Origin: Chiloscyllium plagiosum
Lineage: Eukaryota
DNA length: 64,000 nt
NCBI RefSeq assembly: GCF_004010195.1
Contig: NC_057719.1
Location: 71,676,800-71,740,799 of the forward strand
Direction of reading: 5' to 3'
Shown: one piece after another, positions 52,049 to 63,836 of the stretch
Layout: every line of letters begins with the position of its first letter
Position numbering within the stretch: position 1 is the stretch's first letter
Notes under the pieces: model-generated
Seen by the model: the letters and a program-made list of their open reading frames with translations, nothing else
What the model was told of the DNA's origin: nothing
Databases searched by the model: none
Made by a program: the position numbers and the translations under genes

Positions 52049-52318
52049 TTTTTATTTCTTTTTCTTTTTATTTTCCCCCTACACTGCCACCTAACTGCAG
52101 TAGTGCTTATATTTTCCCCAGCACCCCATGGTGTGTGTGTGCAGGTGTGAGACACAGTGAAAGACAACTGGTGTACAAACCTTTACTCAATTTCCACCAC
52201 CGGAAAGAAAGGAAAACACCTGAGTGGCCAGTGACAAGCACTGCCCTTCTCAAAGAGCAATGCTGTGTGATCAAAGAGTGAGGGGGAGTGGTTAGGGATT
52301 AAATCAAAATAGAATCAG
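52049..52318 (-). mobile_element. Short A-tailed retroposon, copy 3 of 3
   Basis: Same 5' end; A-rich tail abuts LTR sequence ggaatgtcagaggc on the minus strand. Confidence 0.8.
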
Positions 52319-52329
52319 ATCCCTGCTTT

Positions 52330-52659
52330 ATGTGGAACACAAACCAGTTCAACAGACAATGAGAGACGTTACAGTGAGCTGGAATTTAAAATGGGCAATA
52401 GCCCCACATGCAACTTTCAAATTTGAAAACACACAAATACTCTCAGAACCTGCTACAAAGCACTCTGACATTAAGCTGCAATGCACCCATATTCAAAAGC
52501 ACACTGATCCAACCCCTGCAGCTACGGAGGATATCACCAAACAACAACGATTAACATGCAACAGCGACAAAGTCGCACACTGCATTCAAATCAGGGAGGA
52601 CTCGAACCTCCAACCATCTGATCCAACGTCAGATGCGTTATTCGTTATGCCACTGGCCC
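52330..52659 (-). mobile_element. SINE-like element with tRNA-Arg-derived head (52591-52659)
   Basis: gggccagtggcataacgaataacgcatctgacgttggatcagatggttggaggttcgagtcctcc resembles vertebrate tRNA-Arg(ACG); perfect B box and T stem; altered anticodon loop and no acceptor 3' strand. Confidence 0.75.
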
Positions 52660-52683
52660 CAATGGGCCTCCCCTGGTTACATT

Positions 52684-53058
52684 TTATTTTATTAAACAAT
52701 TACAAAACAGTTTACAAAAAACATTAACAGCTGTACACAAGAGACAGCAGGTTTACAAGGGAGAGGAGCAGCAAAGCTAGGCCCCAAACCCTACCGTTCA
52801 ACCATTTTACAGGGAGAGGAGGACAAACCGCAAATCCCAGTTCCACATATGACAAGACAGTAACAAGGACATTTGTACATTAGACAATACTGTTACATAC
52901 AAAAGTGCAGACAATACAAGCCCAGCAAGCCCCCACCCCTCCCACCTTCCGACCACTAAGGCAGCCCACCCCTACCCACCTTCCGGTTCTCGGTCCACCC
53001 CATGCCCCTTCCAGTTAGCAGTCTGCCCTGACACACCTTTCAACCACCTCTAGGCCAG
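52684..53058 (-). mobile_element. 5'-truncated non-LTR retrotransposon 3' end (L1/Tx1-like) with perfect 16-bp TSD
   Basis: ctcccctggttacatt at 52668-52683 and 53059-53074; AATAAA-rich end on the minus strand. Confidence 0.75.
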
Positions 53059-53261
53059 CTCCCCTGGTTACATTGGTCAGCAAGGCTTTCCTGATTGGCC
53101 TCCAGGTTAACAATGCCAATCAAGAACCTCGCAGTCAATGAGGTCCAACTGATTCCAATTACTACACATGAGGACACTGATTGGCCAAGATTCTGCCATC
53201 AAAAATGTACCAGGATAATGTTATCCCACAAGCTTTTGTTTTAAATTCAAAACAAAAAGAC

Positions 53262-54325
53262 ATAGAGTCAAAGAATCACAGATGTACAGCACGGATATAG
53301 ACCCTTTAGTCCATCTCGTCCATGCCGACCAGACATCCTAAATTAATCTAGTCCCATTTGCCAGCATTTGTCACATATCACTCTAAACCCTTCCTATTCA
53401 TATACCTGTCCAAATGCCTTTTAATTGCTGGAATTGTACCAGCCTCCACCACTGCCTCTGGCAACTCATTCCACACCTGCACCATCCTCTCCATGAAAAA
53501 GTTGTCCCCTGGGTTGCTTTTAAATCTTTCCCCTCTCACCTTAAAATTATGCCCTCTAGTTTTGGACTCTCCCACCCCGGGAAAAGACTTTGTCTTTTTA
53601 CCCTATCCACATGCCCCTCATGATTTTATAAATCTCTATAAGGTCATCCCTCAGCCTCCAACACTCCAGGGAAAACAGCCCCTGCCTATTCAGCCTCTCC
53701 CTTTCGCTCAAGCCTCCAAATCTGGCAACGTCCTTGTAAATCTTTTCTGAACCCTTTCAGGTTTCACAACATCCTTCCAATAGGCGGGAGACCAGAATTG
53801 CACGTAGTATTCTAACAGTGGCCTAACCACAGCTGCAACATGACCTCCCAGCTCCTATACTCAATACTCTGACCAATAAAGGAAAGCATACCAAATGCTC
53901 TCTTCACTATCCTGTCTACCTGCGACTCCACTTTCAAGAAAATATGAACTTGCACTCCAAGGTCTCTTTGTTCAGGAAAACTCCCTAGGACCTTATCATT
54001 AAGCGTACAAATCCTGCCCTTATTTACCATTCCATAATGCAGCACCTCACATTTACCTAAATTAAACTCCATCTGCCACTCCTCAGCCCATTGGCCCATC
54101 TGATCAACGTCCCATGGTACTCTCAGATAACCTCCTTTGCTGTCTATCACACCTCCAATTTTGGCATCATCTGCAAACTAACTAACCATGCCTCCTACAT
54201 TCACATCTAAATCATTTATATAAATGACATAATGCTGTGGACCCAACACCGATCCTTGTGGCACACCACTGGTCACAGACCTCCAGTCTGAAAAGCAATC
54301 CTCCACCACCACCACCCTCTGTCTA
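53262..54325 (-). mobile_element. CR1 LINE 3' fragment
   Basis: QWAEEWQMEFNLGKCEVLH, RGHNFKVRG, WNELPEAVVEA; FADD codons at about 54165-54178. Confidence 0.93.
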
Positions 54326-54559
54326 TGTACTTTGATTCATCAAGGCATTGCCTTTGGGAATTCACCAGGGAACTGTTGGCGCCATGCTTTTATTTAACTG
54401 AAACAGATGCAACTCCTGGACTTCCTGACGACAAATCCCTGCATATGGATTTGTGGTATTTACTCTAAAAAAAGATTTAAAATGCCAGATCATGTTTCTG
54501 CAAAACATCCTCAAGCCCTAAACTTATAATCATTTTGATCCCCTCCTGGCTAGCATTGA

Positions 54560-54790
54560 TTACCTGTCCCTGCTTGTCATTGAGAAGGTGGTGCTAAGCC
54601 ACCTTCTTGAAGCGCTGCAGTCCACCAGCTATGGGTTGACCCACAGTGCCATGAGGGAGGGAATTGCAAGATTTTGACCCAGCGACAGTGAAGGAACAAC
54701 AAAATATTTCCAAGTCAGGATGGTGAGTAGCTTGTAGGTGTACTTGCAGGAAGCGGTGTTCCCATGTGTCTGCTGCCCTAATCATTCTAG
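54560..54790 (-). mobile_element. Old CR1/L2-group LINE tail
   Basis: SFTVAGSKSCNSLP...GLQRFKK. Confidence 0.7.
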
Positions 54791-54997
54791 ATTAATTGCT
54801 CTAAAGCATAGTGCTTTCTCTGACCAAACACAGGAGCCATTCACATATAGAAAGATCCCATAAATGGCATATGGTCTGGATTATGTTTTTGGTTCAGAAT
54901 GAATTGAAGAGGTGTTATGTGAAATTAGAAATGTCTCCAATGAAACTTGAACAGATCAGATAAACGATATTTAATAAAACAAAGAACTGAAGGTCAC

Positions 54998-55150
54998 AAA
55001 CAAAAGCAGAAATTGCTGAAGAAACTCAGGCAGGTCTGGCAGTTGCTGTGGAAAGGAAGCACAATTAACATTTCCAGTCCGATGACTATTAGTGGAGTTC
55101 TGATGAAGAGTCACCAGACCCAAAACATTAACTCTGCTTTGTTCCACAAG
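54998..55150 (+). mobile_element. PLE fold-back remnant with decayed hammerhead core
   Basis: ctgatga-agagtc-acca-gaccc-aaaacatt at about 55100-55130; inverted arm upstream. Confidence 0.6.
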
Positions 55151-55911
55151 AAAATGATAACTTGCTGTGAAGTAGCTTGTCCAGATACAGCGCAAGAGCT
55201 AATTGCAGCTTGTTATCCCTAACAGCACACACATTCAATTCAATTTGAGATTATGTTCATTTGCTGGTTTGTCCTGTTTGAATTCTGTGTGCCATATAGC
55301 TTGGACAGCATGGTTATTAATTCTCTTCACTCAGAGGACCAACATCTACAAGTAACTTCAGCTCAAAGTATATATACCTTCATGGAATAATCAATAGAAT
55401 TTCCTTTTTTTATCATAGATCCTTTATACTGACTTCTATACCCCTAATATCTAAGAAGACTAAAGTGAACACTCCTGGACAATTCATCCAATTGAAGACA
55501 CACCAAACAATGAAGCACACCCTCAGTACTGCACTAAAATTGTGGTTTATATGTTAGCACAGTGCTTTGAAACAGACTCCCACCCTTTATGTAACAGTCA
55601 AATATGTTTAATGCATGATAATTAACTAAATAAATGTAAATAGAATGCCTGAAGCACAGAACTTGAAGCTCCAATCTTCCATATCAAGGTAGCAGGCTGA
55701 AATTCACTATTGGTCATATCAGTGGATATCTAGCTCCTTCCGACAGCAAAGGGAAAGGAAGTCAACAAGTTATGTGATTTGCCTCAGGCCACTGTTGTAC
55801 AGTCAGCAGTAGTCTGCCTACAACCAAGCAGTAATCTATCTGACCTCTCAGTCTAGGAAAGGTACCTAATGTAGAAAACCATAGAAAAGGATATATGTGT
55901 TTTTTTCGTGG

Positions 55912-56210
55912 GATTAGATTAGATTCCCTACAGTGTGGAAACAGGCTCTTTGGCCCAACAAGTCTATACCAACCCTCTGAAAAGTGACCCACCCGTACCC
56001 ATTTCCCCCGAATACACCTCACACTACGGGTAATTTAGCATGGCCAATTTACCTGACCTGCACATCTTTGGACTGTGGGAGGAAACCAGAGCACCCAGAC
56101 AAGGGGAGAATGCACAAACTCCACACAGACAGTCACCCAAGACTGGAATTAAACCTGGGACCCTAGTGTTGTGAGGCAGCAGTGCTAACCACTGATCCAC
56201 CATGCCACCC
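55912..56210 (-). mobile_element. HE1-like SINE
   Basis: Reverse complement of the 34711 family with attagattagatt tail. Confidence 0.9.
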
Positions 56211-56331
56211 CAAATTTCCCCTTTTCTCTGAAAGCAAATGGGCAATAATGGGTGCTTAGCAATAATGGCCAAAGAAGTAACATAATGTGAACTTCCCCAA
56301 TTTTGTTAGCCTCATATTAACTGGAAGCATT

Positions 56332-56620
56332 AGTACTGTGGCTCAGTGGTTAGCACTGATGCCTGACAGTGCCAGGGGCATGGAGTCAAATCAGGTCTTG
56401 GGTGACTATGTGGGACTTGCATGCTCTCCCTGTGTCTGCGAGGGTTTCCTCTCACACTCCAAAAATCTGCAGGTTAGGTGGATTGGCCCATGCTCAATTG
56501 CCTTACAGTGGCCAGAGGTGTGTATACTAGATTGTTTAACCATGGGAAATATGGGGATAGGTTGAAATGCCCTTTGGTGCAGATTCAAGGGGCTGAATGG
56601 CCTCTGTCGGCAGTGTATGA
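56332..56620 (+). mobile_element. HE1-like SINE, decayed
   Basis: tggctcagtggttagcactg...caggttaggtggattggcc. Confidence 0.85.
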
Positions 56621-59600
56621 TAATACATTGCATTTACCCCTTGATATCTGTTCATACTGAATATAGCTTTGTACAATACTTGTAAAACTATTGACATGGA
56701 TGATCATCTTTATCAGCAGCATCGAGAGGAAGTTGTAACAGGGACACTATCCCACAGAACCCACCAGTTTTTCATCCAATTATTTCAACTGAAAATAAAA
56801 GAATATACACCACCCTTGTGATTACTTTGCTTCTGTTTAATGCAAGCCCACAAAGACAATATTCAACTGCACTCTCTCTTCCTTTTCATTTATCACCTCA
56901 AAATATTTGGATTTTGCAGTGGCTCTTGACAGCAAACTATCAACATTTGGGCAGATTAACATGGGAAAGTTATGGGACTGAATCTTATTTTTTTTGGCTC
57001 AGTGCGAGTCAGATTGAGTTTTGTGGAGACAGGGTGTGCTGCAAGACGAACCATATGCAGGCCTCTTGACACTCTCCAGTTGGGAGGTTGGGAAGTTGGC
57101 TGGACCCTCCAGCTCCATTCTGCCTGATGATCACTGAAAACTCAAGGCCAGGTGGTCAATTTGTATTTTGTCAAGAAGAACTACAAGATGTCTGTTCCGA
57201 CCTGAGGCAAAGAGCCCCTGTGTTTCCCGAACAAATCTCCAGGGCTAATGGGCTCCACTACAGAGCAGACTCCTCCACCCCAGCTGCAGACTAAGGGAGC
57301 TCAATGCTTCACAACAAGAGGAGGAGAAAAATGTACTCTGAGCCATGGATGTGATGGCTAAAAATGTTAGAAAAATAGATTTTGTTTTGCAAAAAAAAGT
57401 TGCATAAATTGTTTGTTTTGCAAGCAATGTTATTTTAATAGTTTTCTTAGTTCTGTGAACCTTGTGTCTCACCAATTAATTGGTTATCGCTGCCTATGTT
57501 TTGGCGCTAGATGCTTTGTAGCACCCTGCAGTATCACTCCTTGACCATTACCAAGCTCAGTGTATGATTAGCATCGAATACTGTACATTATGTCAGACCT
57601 GGGGTAGTAGTGCATGAGCGTTGGCATTAGCTCACTCTCACACCTTTACCCATCATGCCGCACTTCAACACTGCCGACTGTTTTCATGGCAATGCATCTG
57701 AAAGAGTTCTCCAGCAGTAATGCTGACAGGGAGATCACAACACATAGAAACGGTCAATGTTGCTGCATGGCCAGGAGTCAGGCAACTTATGATGTGTTTG
57801 AGGACAATGTTATTCCCATGTATTGTTTCTAGCCAGTGACCAAATACAGATGTAGCCCCCTCCCTCACATGCCATTTCACTTACCCCACCCATTGTGAGT
57901 CCCTTCACAGCCAATCTCCACAACATTGTGCACTATCCTTGTTCTTCATGATTAAAACAGCAGTGAGTTGTCCTCTGCCAGTGGCTTTCAACCTCAGTTT
58001 TAACATGTTGCTGACACCCTCAACGGTATACTCTCTTTCCTATGTGCCCATTCCATCAAAACTACAGACATCATGATTCCCTAGGTGAACAACCAGGTCA
58101 CATACATGTGCCTACACCTGCATCTCTACCCCCTCCAATCCCCCAAACTCATTTCTGCAGAGGTCACAGGATGACTGTGGCTCAGCCGCTCAAGCAACAT
58201 GACCCGTCAGCACCAATCTTCACCTCCCATTATCTCTTGACTGATGGATACACATGTCCCCAAAAGTGCCATACCTACAACCCACTCCTCCTCCCACCCT
58301 GGTCTCCATCAGGGCTAGCCCCATGGCGACAAAGGACTAGCAGTAACCTGCTCCCAAGAGCACAGAGGAATGGATCCCCCATGCAATATCACCCTGACCA
58401 ACACTTTGCGTGGCTCAGGCCCAGGACTGGAATTGGAAGGTGCCTTTAACTAACTGTACTGGCCCCCCTGACTGACAGATGTCCAACTGAGTTGACTGTC
58501 ACCTACTTCCCCAGTACTTTAAAACATTTCAGACACGTTGCGCAGCTTGCTACAGATGCCGTGTGCTTGGCACGAGCACAGAGGCCAAATGGTGCAAGTG
58601 CTACACCAACATGATGCAAACAATGTATTCTCCATTTCTGTAAAACACATGTATCACTCTAGGTCTCCTTCAGAATTCAAATGTAGAGCAGTATGAGAGA
58701 GGGAGATGGGGTTTTCTTGGGAAATCAAAGCAGAATTTGCAATTCAAAACCAAAAAAAAAATTGTTTTAATTGAAAGGGCAGTCAAAAAGTGAGGAAACA
58801 GCTCAGTGCCAGAGGTGATCAGTTAGCTCAGCTGACCAGTTAGCAATGCAGAGTGATGCCAATACCTGTAGTGGCCAAGGCTACCATGAAGGCCCTGCCT
58901 TCATAACATACCCCCTTGCCTGAGGCAATGACCCTCAGGTTAAATTCCACTTGTTGTCTCTCTCTCTTTTTGATGAGAGAACGGCCCTTTGGGATTATGG
59001 CGATGACTTTTTATTGTCATACAAGGCTGTGAGAACATGAATACTACCTTTGACTTCCCCAGGTAGTATCTACGATTACTAGGTTTTCCAGACCGGGGTT
59101 TACGCTACAATTTTACTACAGGCCCAGTGATTATCTTAGCCAGAATAGAGGTTGAATGCTACACTAGTCTGAATCTCATGTTTACTGTTGCGCCAACTGA
59201 GCTAACTGGCCTTCCAATTGCTAGCAAAACAAACTAATTGTCAATTTTTCTCTTCATCCTCTCTATCATGACACTGCAGATAATTCCCATTTAAATGCAA
59301 TGATGAATCATGATCACATTTTGATTCACTTTGCTCTCTCAAGGTATATTAATGACAGTTTATTTGGGGAATTTTTTTTAATGACGACATGTGGTGTTTT
59401 CATTTAATTTGTTTAAAGTACACAATGGTAAATTTGATTTGACATTCAAGCCTTTTCTGTAGTGACTTAATGCCTTAGTTGTTTCATCTGTTGGCTGACC
59501 AACATATATTAGCTGAAATGTGTGATTGAATCCTCTAACAAGACAGCAAGACAATAACCCAAAATTTGACAATGCTGGCAGGAATTAGTCAAGAAAGAAA

Positions 59601-61710
59601 GTGTCATTTTACAAGAATTTCATGTACACATATACTTGGTTAAAAGAAGTTTGCCATATTTTAACCTGCTGCAATGTGATTTCATTTTAAATGAAAAATT
59701 AAAATGATATTGTCACAGTTTTTTGTCAGTTAATAAATTGGCAATAAAAGCAATAAAGTGACTATATCACCACGTCATCTCAGTTTAAAGATTTCTCCAT
59801 GTTAAAATGGAACATTTGTCACAAGCTCAGCACAAGAGTAATCTCTATGTAGTGACTGCTACTAACATCTTACATGACCAATTGCATTGCGCATTGAACA
59901 CAGTCATAATTACTGACCTAACCTGTATGACAGGTATCTTACTTTTAAAACTAACAATTATCTGGTGATTTGATTAGAAAGATGCAATATTACAAAAGGC
60001 TGATGAAATTTCATTATAATTTCAATCATTAGTAATTATGATTGCAAATATGAAATTACTGTTATTTTATCAACAATGAGCAAGTTAATTCACATTTTCA
60101 ATCATTAAGGGCCCAGTAATAATAGAAAATTTAAAACAACACAGATACTTGGCACACAATCCATTCGGTCTTTTAATAATAAATAAAATTCATTCCAATC
60201 CAATCATAGCAAATGATGTAGAGTTTATATATTTATACTTGCACCATTATATATGATGTCCATTTGAACATTTATATGTAGCATGCATGAGAAATTCAGA
60301 ATATGAAGTTCATGGGTAGTCTGCACATTATTCTTTCCCTCATTAGATCTTATATTTTGCTAATAACAAGGCTTCAGAGACAGTATGTTCCTGTTGAAGC
60401 AAAGGGCAAGGCTGAAGGTGTAGGGAATGCTGGATGACTAGAGAAATTGTGTTTCTGGTCAAGAAAAAGGAAGCATATGTCAGGTCTAGACAGCTGGGAT
60501 CCAGTGAATCCCAGTAAGGGTAGCAGGCATATACTTAAGAGGGAAATCAAGAGGGCAAAAAGGGACATGAGGTAGTTCTGGCAAATCAGGTTAAGGAGAA
60601 TCCAAAGAGATTCTACAACTGCATTAAGGGGAAAATATCAACTAGGGAAAGAATAGGGCCCCTTAAAGATCAACGAGGCTGTCTATATGTGGAACCGCGG
60701 GAGATGGATGAGATACTAAACGAGTATTTTGAGTCAGTATTTACTGTGGAAAAGCATATGGAAGCTAGAGAACTGAGACAAATAAATAGCGATATCTTGA
60801 AAAATGTCTATATTACAGAGGAGGAGGTGCTGGACATTTTAAGATGTGAAAAGGTCAATAAATCCCCAGGACCTTATCAGGTATTTCCCAGAACTTTGCA
60901 GAAAGCTAGGAAAGAGATTGGTGAGCCCCTTGCTGAGATATTTTTATCATCAATAGCTATAGATAAGGTGCCAGAAGATTGGAGTTTGACTAATGTATTG
61001 CCATTATTTAAGAAAGTAAAAGCCAGGGAACTATAAACCAGTGAGTGGTATGTAAGTTGTTGGAGAGGATTTGGAGGGACAGGATTTCCATGAACTTGAA
61101 ATGGCAAGGACTGATTAGGGAGAGTCAACATGATTTTGTTTGTGGGAAATCATGTCTCACTAATTTGATCGGGTTTTTGAAGAAGTAACAAAGAATGACT
61201 TCTGCAAGGCATTCAGCAAGATTTTACATGGTAGACAGGTTAGATCACATGGAAACCAGGCAAGCTAGCAATTCAGATATAGAATTGGATTAAAGGTAGG
61301 AGACAGAGGATGGCAGTGGCCGTTTATTTATTAGACTGGAGGCCTTTGACCAGCAGTATAAAGATACTGGATCCACTGCTTTTCACCATTTATAAAAATG
61401 ATTTGGATGTGAATATAGGAGGTATGTTCGGTAAGCTTGTAGATGACAACAAAATAGATGGTATATTGGACAGTGAAGAAGGTTATCTCAGAGTAGAATG
61501 GGACATTGATCAGATGGCCCAATGACCCATCGAGTGGCACTTGGGGTTTAATTTAGCGAAATGTGAGGTACTGCATTTTGGTAAGACAAGTCGGAGCAGG
61601 ACTATATAATTAATGGTAGGACCCTGAGGAGTACTGCCAAACAAAGAGACCTTGGGGTGCAGGTGCATAGTTCCTTGAAAGTGGAGTTGCAGCTAGACAG
61701 GGTGGTGAAG

Positions 61711-62760
61711 ATGGCATTTGACAGGTTTTACTGCACTGGTCAGTCCATTGAGTATACAAGTTGGCAAGCTATGATGTAGCTATATAGGATACTGATGAGG
61801 CCACTTTTAGAATACTGTGTTCAAATCTGGCCTTCCTGCTATATGAATTATGTTGTAAAGCTTGAAAGTGTTCAGAAAAGATTTACAAGAATGTTGCCAG
61901 GATTAGAGGTTTGAGCTATAGGAAGAGGCTGAGTAGTGGACTTAGGTTTGCTCGCTGAGCTGCAAGGTTCATTTTCAGACATTTCATCATCATACTAGGT
62001 AACATCTTCAGTGAGTCTCCAGATGAAGCACTGCTGATGATTCCTGCTTTCAACTTATATGCTTGGGTTTATTTGGGTTAGTTTTGTTATTTCTTGTGGT
62101 GATGTCATTTCCTATGATGTCATTTCCTGTTCTTTTCTCAGGGGGTGGTAAATGGGATCCAAGTCAATGTGTTTGTTGATATCGCCAACCCAAAGAAACT
62201 CAAACATATAACTAGAAAGCAGGAATCATCAGCAGATGGCATTTGACAGGTTTTACTGCACTGGTCAGTCCATTGAGTATACAAGTTGGCAAGCTATGAT
62301 GTAGCTATATAGGATACTGATGAGGCCACTTTTAGAATACTGTGTTCAAATCTGGCCTTCCTGCTATATGAATGATGTTGTAAAGCTTGAAAGTGTTCAG
62401 AAAAGATTTACAAGAATGTTGCCAGGGTTAGAGGTTTGAGCTATAGGAAGAGGCTGAGTAGTGGACTTAGGTTTGCTCGCTGAGCTGGAAGGTTCATTTT
62501 CAGACATTTCATCATCATACTAGGTAACATCTTCAGTGAGTCTCCAGATGAAGCACTGCTGATGATTCCTGCTTTCAACTTATATGCTTGGGTTTATTTG
62601 GGTTGGTGATGTCATTTCCTGTGGTGATGTCATTTCCTATGACGTCATTTCCGGTTCTTTTCTCAGGGGGTGGTAAATGGGGTCCAAGTCAATGTGTTTG
62701 TTGATATCGCCAACCCAAAGAAACTCAAACATATAACTAGAAAGCAGGAATCATCAGCAG
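61711..62760 (+). repeat. 525-bp tandem duplication (61711-62235 and 62236-62760)
   Basis: atggcatttgacagg...tcatcagcag repeated with a few substitutions. Confidence 0.95.
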
Positions 62761-62897
62761 TACTTCGTCTGGAGGCTCACTGAAGATGTTACCTAGTATG
62801 GTGACGAAACATCTGAAAAATGAAGCTTCCAGCTCAGTGAGCAAACCAACATCCAGAACCTTGACCTGAGCTACAGATCTTCTCAAAACTCGCTAAA
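62462..62897 (+). mobile_element. PLE terminus with inverted copy, inserted in CR1
   Basis: TSD gctgagtag at 62453-62461 and 62898-62906; same family as 24480-24712. Confidence 0.88.
62770..62831 (+). ncRNA. Minimal type I hammerhead ribozyme motif
   Basis: CTGAAGA 62780-62786, stem II gttacc/ggtgac, GAAA 62806-62809, c-a-tc, stem I tca/tga plus ggag(g)/cttcc. Confidence 0.75.
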
Positions 62898-63792
62898 GCT
62901 GAGTAGACTGGAGATATTTTCACTGGATCATCGGAGGCTGACAGTTGACCTCCTGGAGGTTTATAAAATTATGAGGGGCATCAATAGAGTGAATAGCCAA
63001 GGTATTTTCCTAGGAGCAGGGCAAAACTAGAGGGCATAGGTTTAAAGTGAAAGGGGAAAGATTTAGAAGGGACCTTGAGGGGCAACTTTTTCACACAAAG
63101 GGTGGTGCGTGCATGGAATGAGCTGCCAGATGAGGCGGTGGAGGTGAATACAATTACAACATTTAAAAGGCATCCAGATGGGTATATGAATAGGAAGAGT
63201 TTAGAGGGATATGGGCCAAATACTGGCAATTGGGACCAGATTAGTTTAGGATATGTGGTCAGCATGGACCAGTTGGACTAAAATGTCTGTTTTCATGCTG
63301 TATGACTATGTCTTTATAATTCTCAGAACTAATTTTAGTCATCATTTTCTTGTTGGTGTCACTTGTAAAACATAGCTGAAAGCAACAGTTTGATTTTGTT
63401 TTTATTCCCAGGACAGAATTTCCACGCTTATGGGCACAACATGTCGGTCCACCTTTTAGACTCAAATTTATAATCCAAATCAGACATATTGCAAACCACG
63501 GCCATCTGCCCAATTGTTTCAAGTCAAAATTTCTGACAAGCTTGATTGTTGCCAGGCAACATACTCGTGTATTGAAACAAAATTTTATACAACAATATCG
63601 TTTTTTTTTTGGATAAGGAATGAAACTGCGAGAAGGGAAAGAAAAACAGTTCTTGTGGGAAATCCAAGTTTGAAAATATATTTTAGAAGAACATGAAACT
63701 TAGTTGACAACCTGTCCATTAATTTACAGCACTGTCAGAAACCTGTCTCCTTACTGTCTACTTCAACATACAGGTCGCTTCGGTTTCCAGAC

Positions 63793-63836
63793 AGGAGTCA
63801 CTAAATCTTCTCAAAACTCGCTAGGAGTCACTAAAT
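63793..63836 (+). mobile_element. 16-nt PLE tail micro-insertion with 14-bp direct repeat
   Basis: aggagtcactaaat-cttctcaaaactcgct-aggagtcactaaat. Confidence 0.8.

Larger units (their letters stand above)
50339..53166 (-). mobile_element. Solo LTR split by a stack of nested retroposon insertions
   Basis: Minus strand begins tgtagt with CCAAT boxes (53075-53166) and ends aataaagggtgacttggtgacgggata...atttca (50339-50395); both ends match 27761-27899. Confidence 0.75.
60372..63312 (+). mobile_element. CR1 LINE ORF2 3' half, decayed, with nested PLE and tandem duplication
   Basis: ILNEYFESVFT, KSPGP, VPEDW, GKSCLTNL, PLLFTIYKNDLD, RVVRAWNELP; tgtatgactatg tail. Confidence 0.93.

Noticed and set aside
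52591..52659. Functional tRNA gene
   Set aside because: No acceptor-stem 3' strand and non-canonical anticodon loop; treated as a SINE head
50480..53074. CRISPR-like array of ctcccctggtt repeats
   Set aside because: Eukaryotic context, irregular spacing of hundreds of bp, spacers are retroposons
57050..58600. Host gene in GC-richer tract (135-aa ORF at 58042)
   Set aside because: No recognisable protein or splice structure; more likely decayed transposon sequence, family not assignable with confidence
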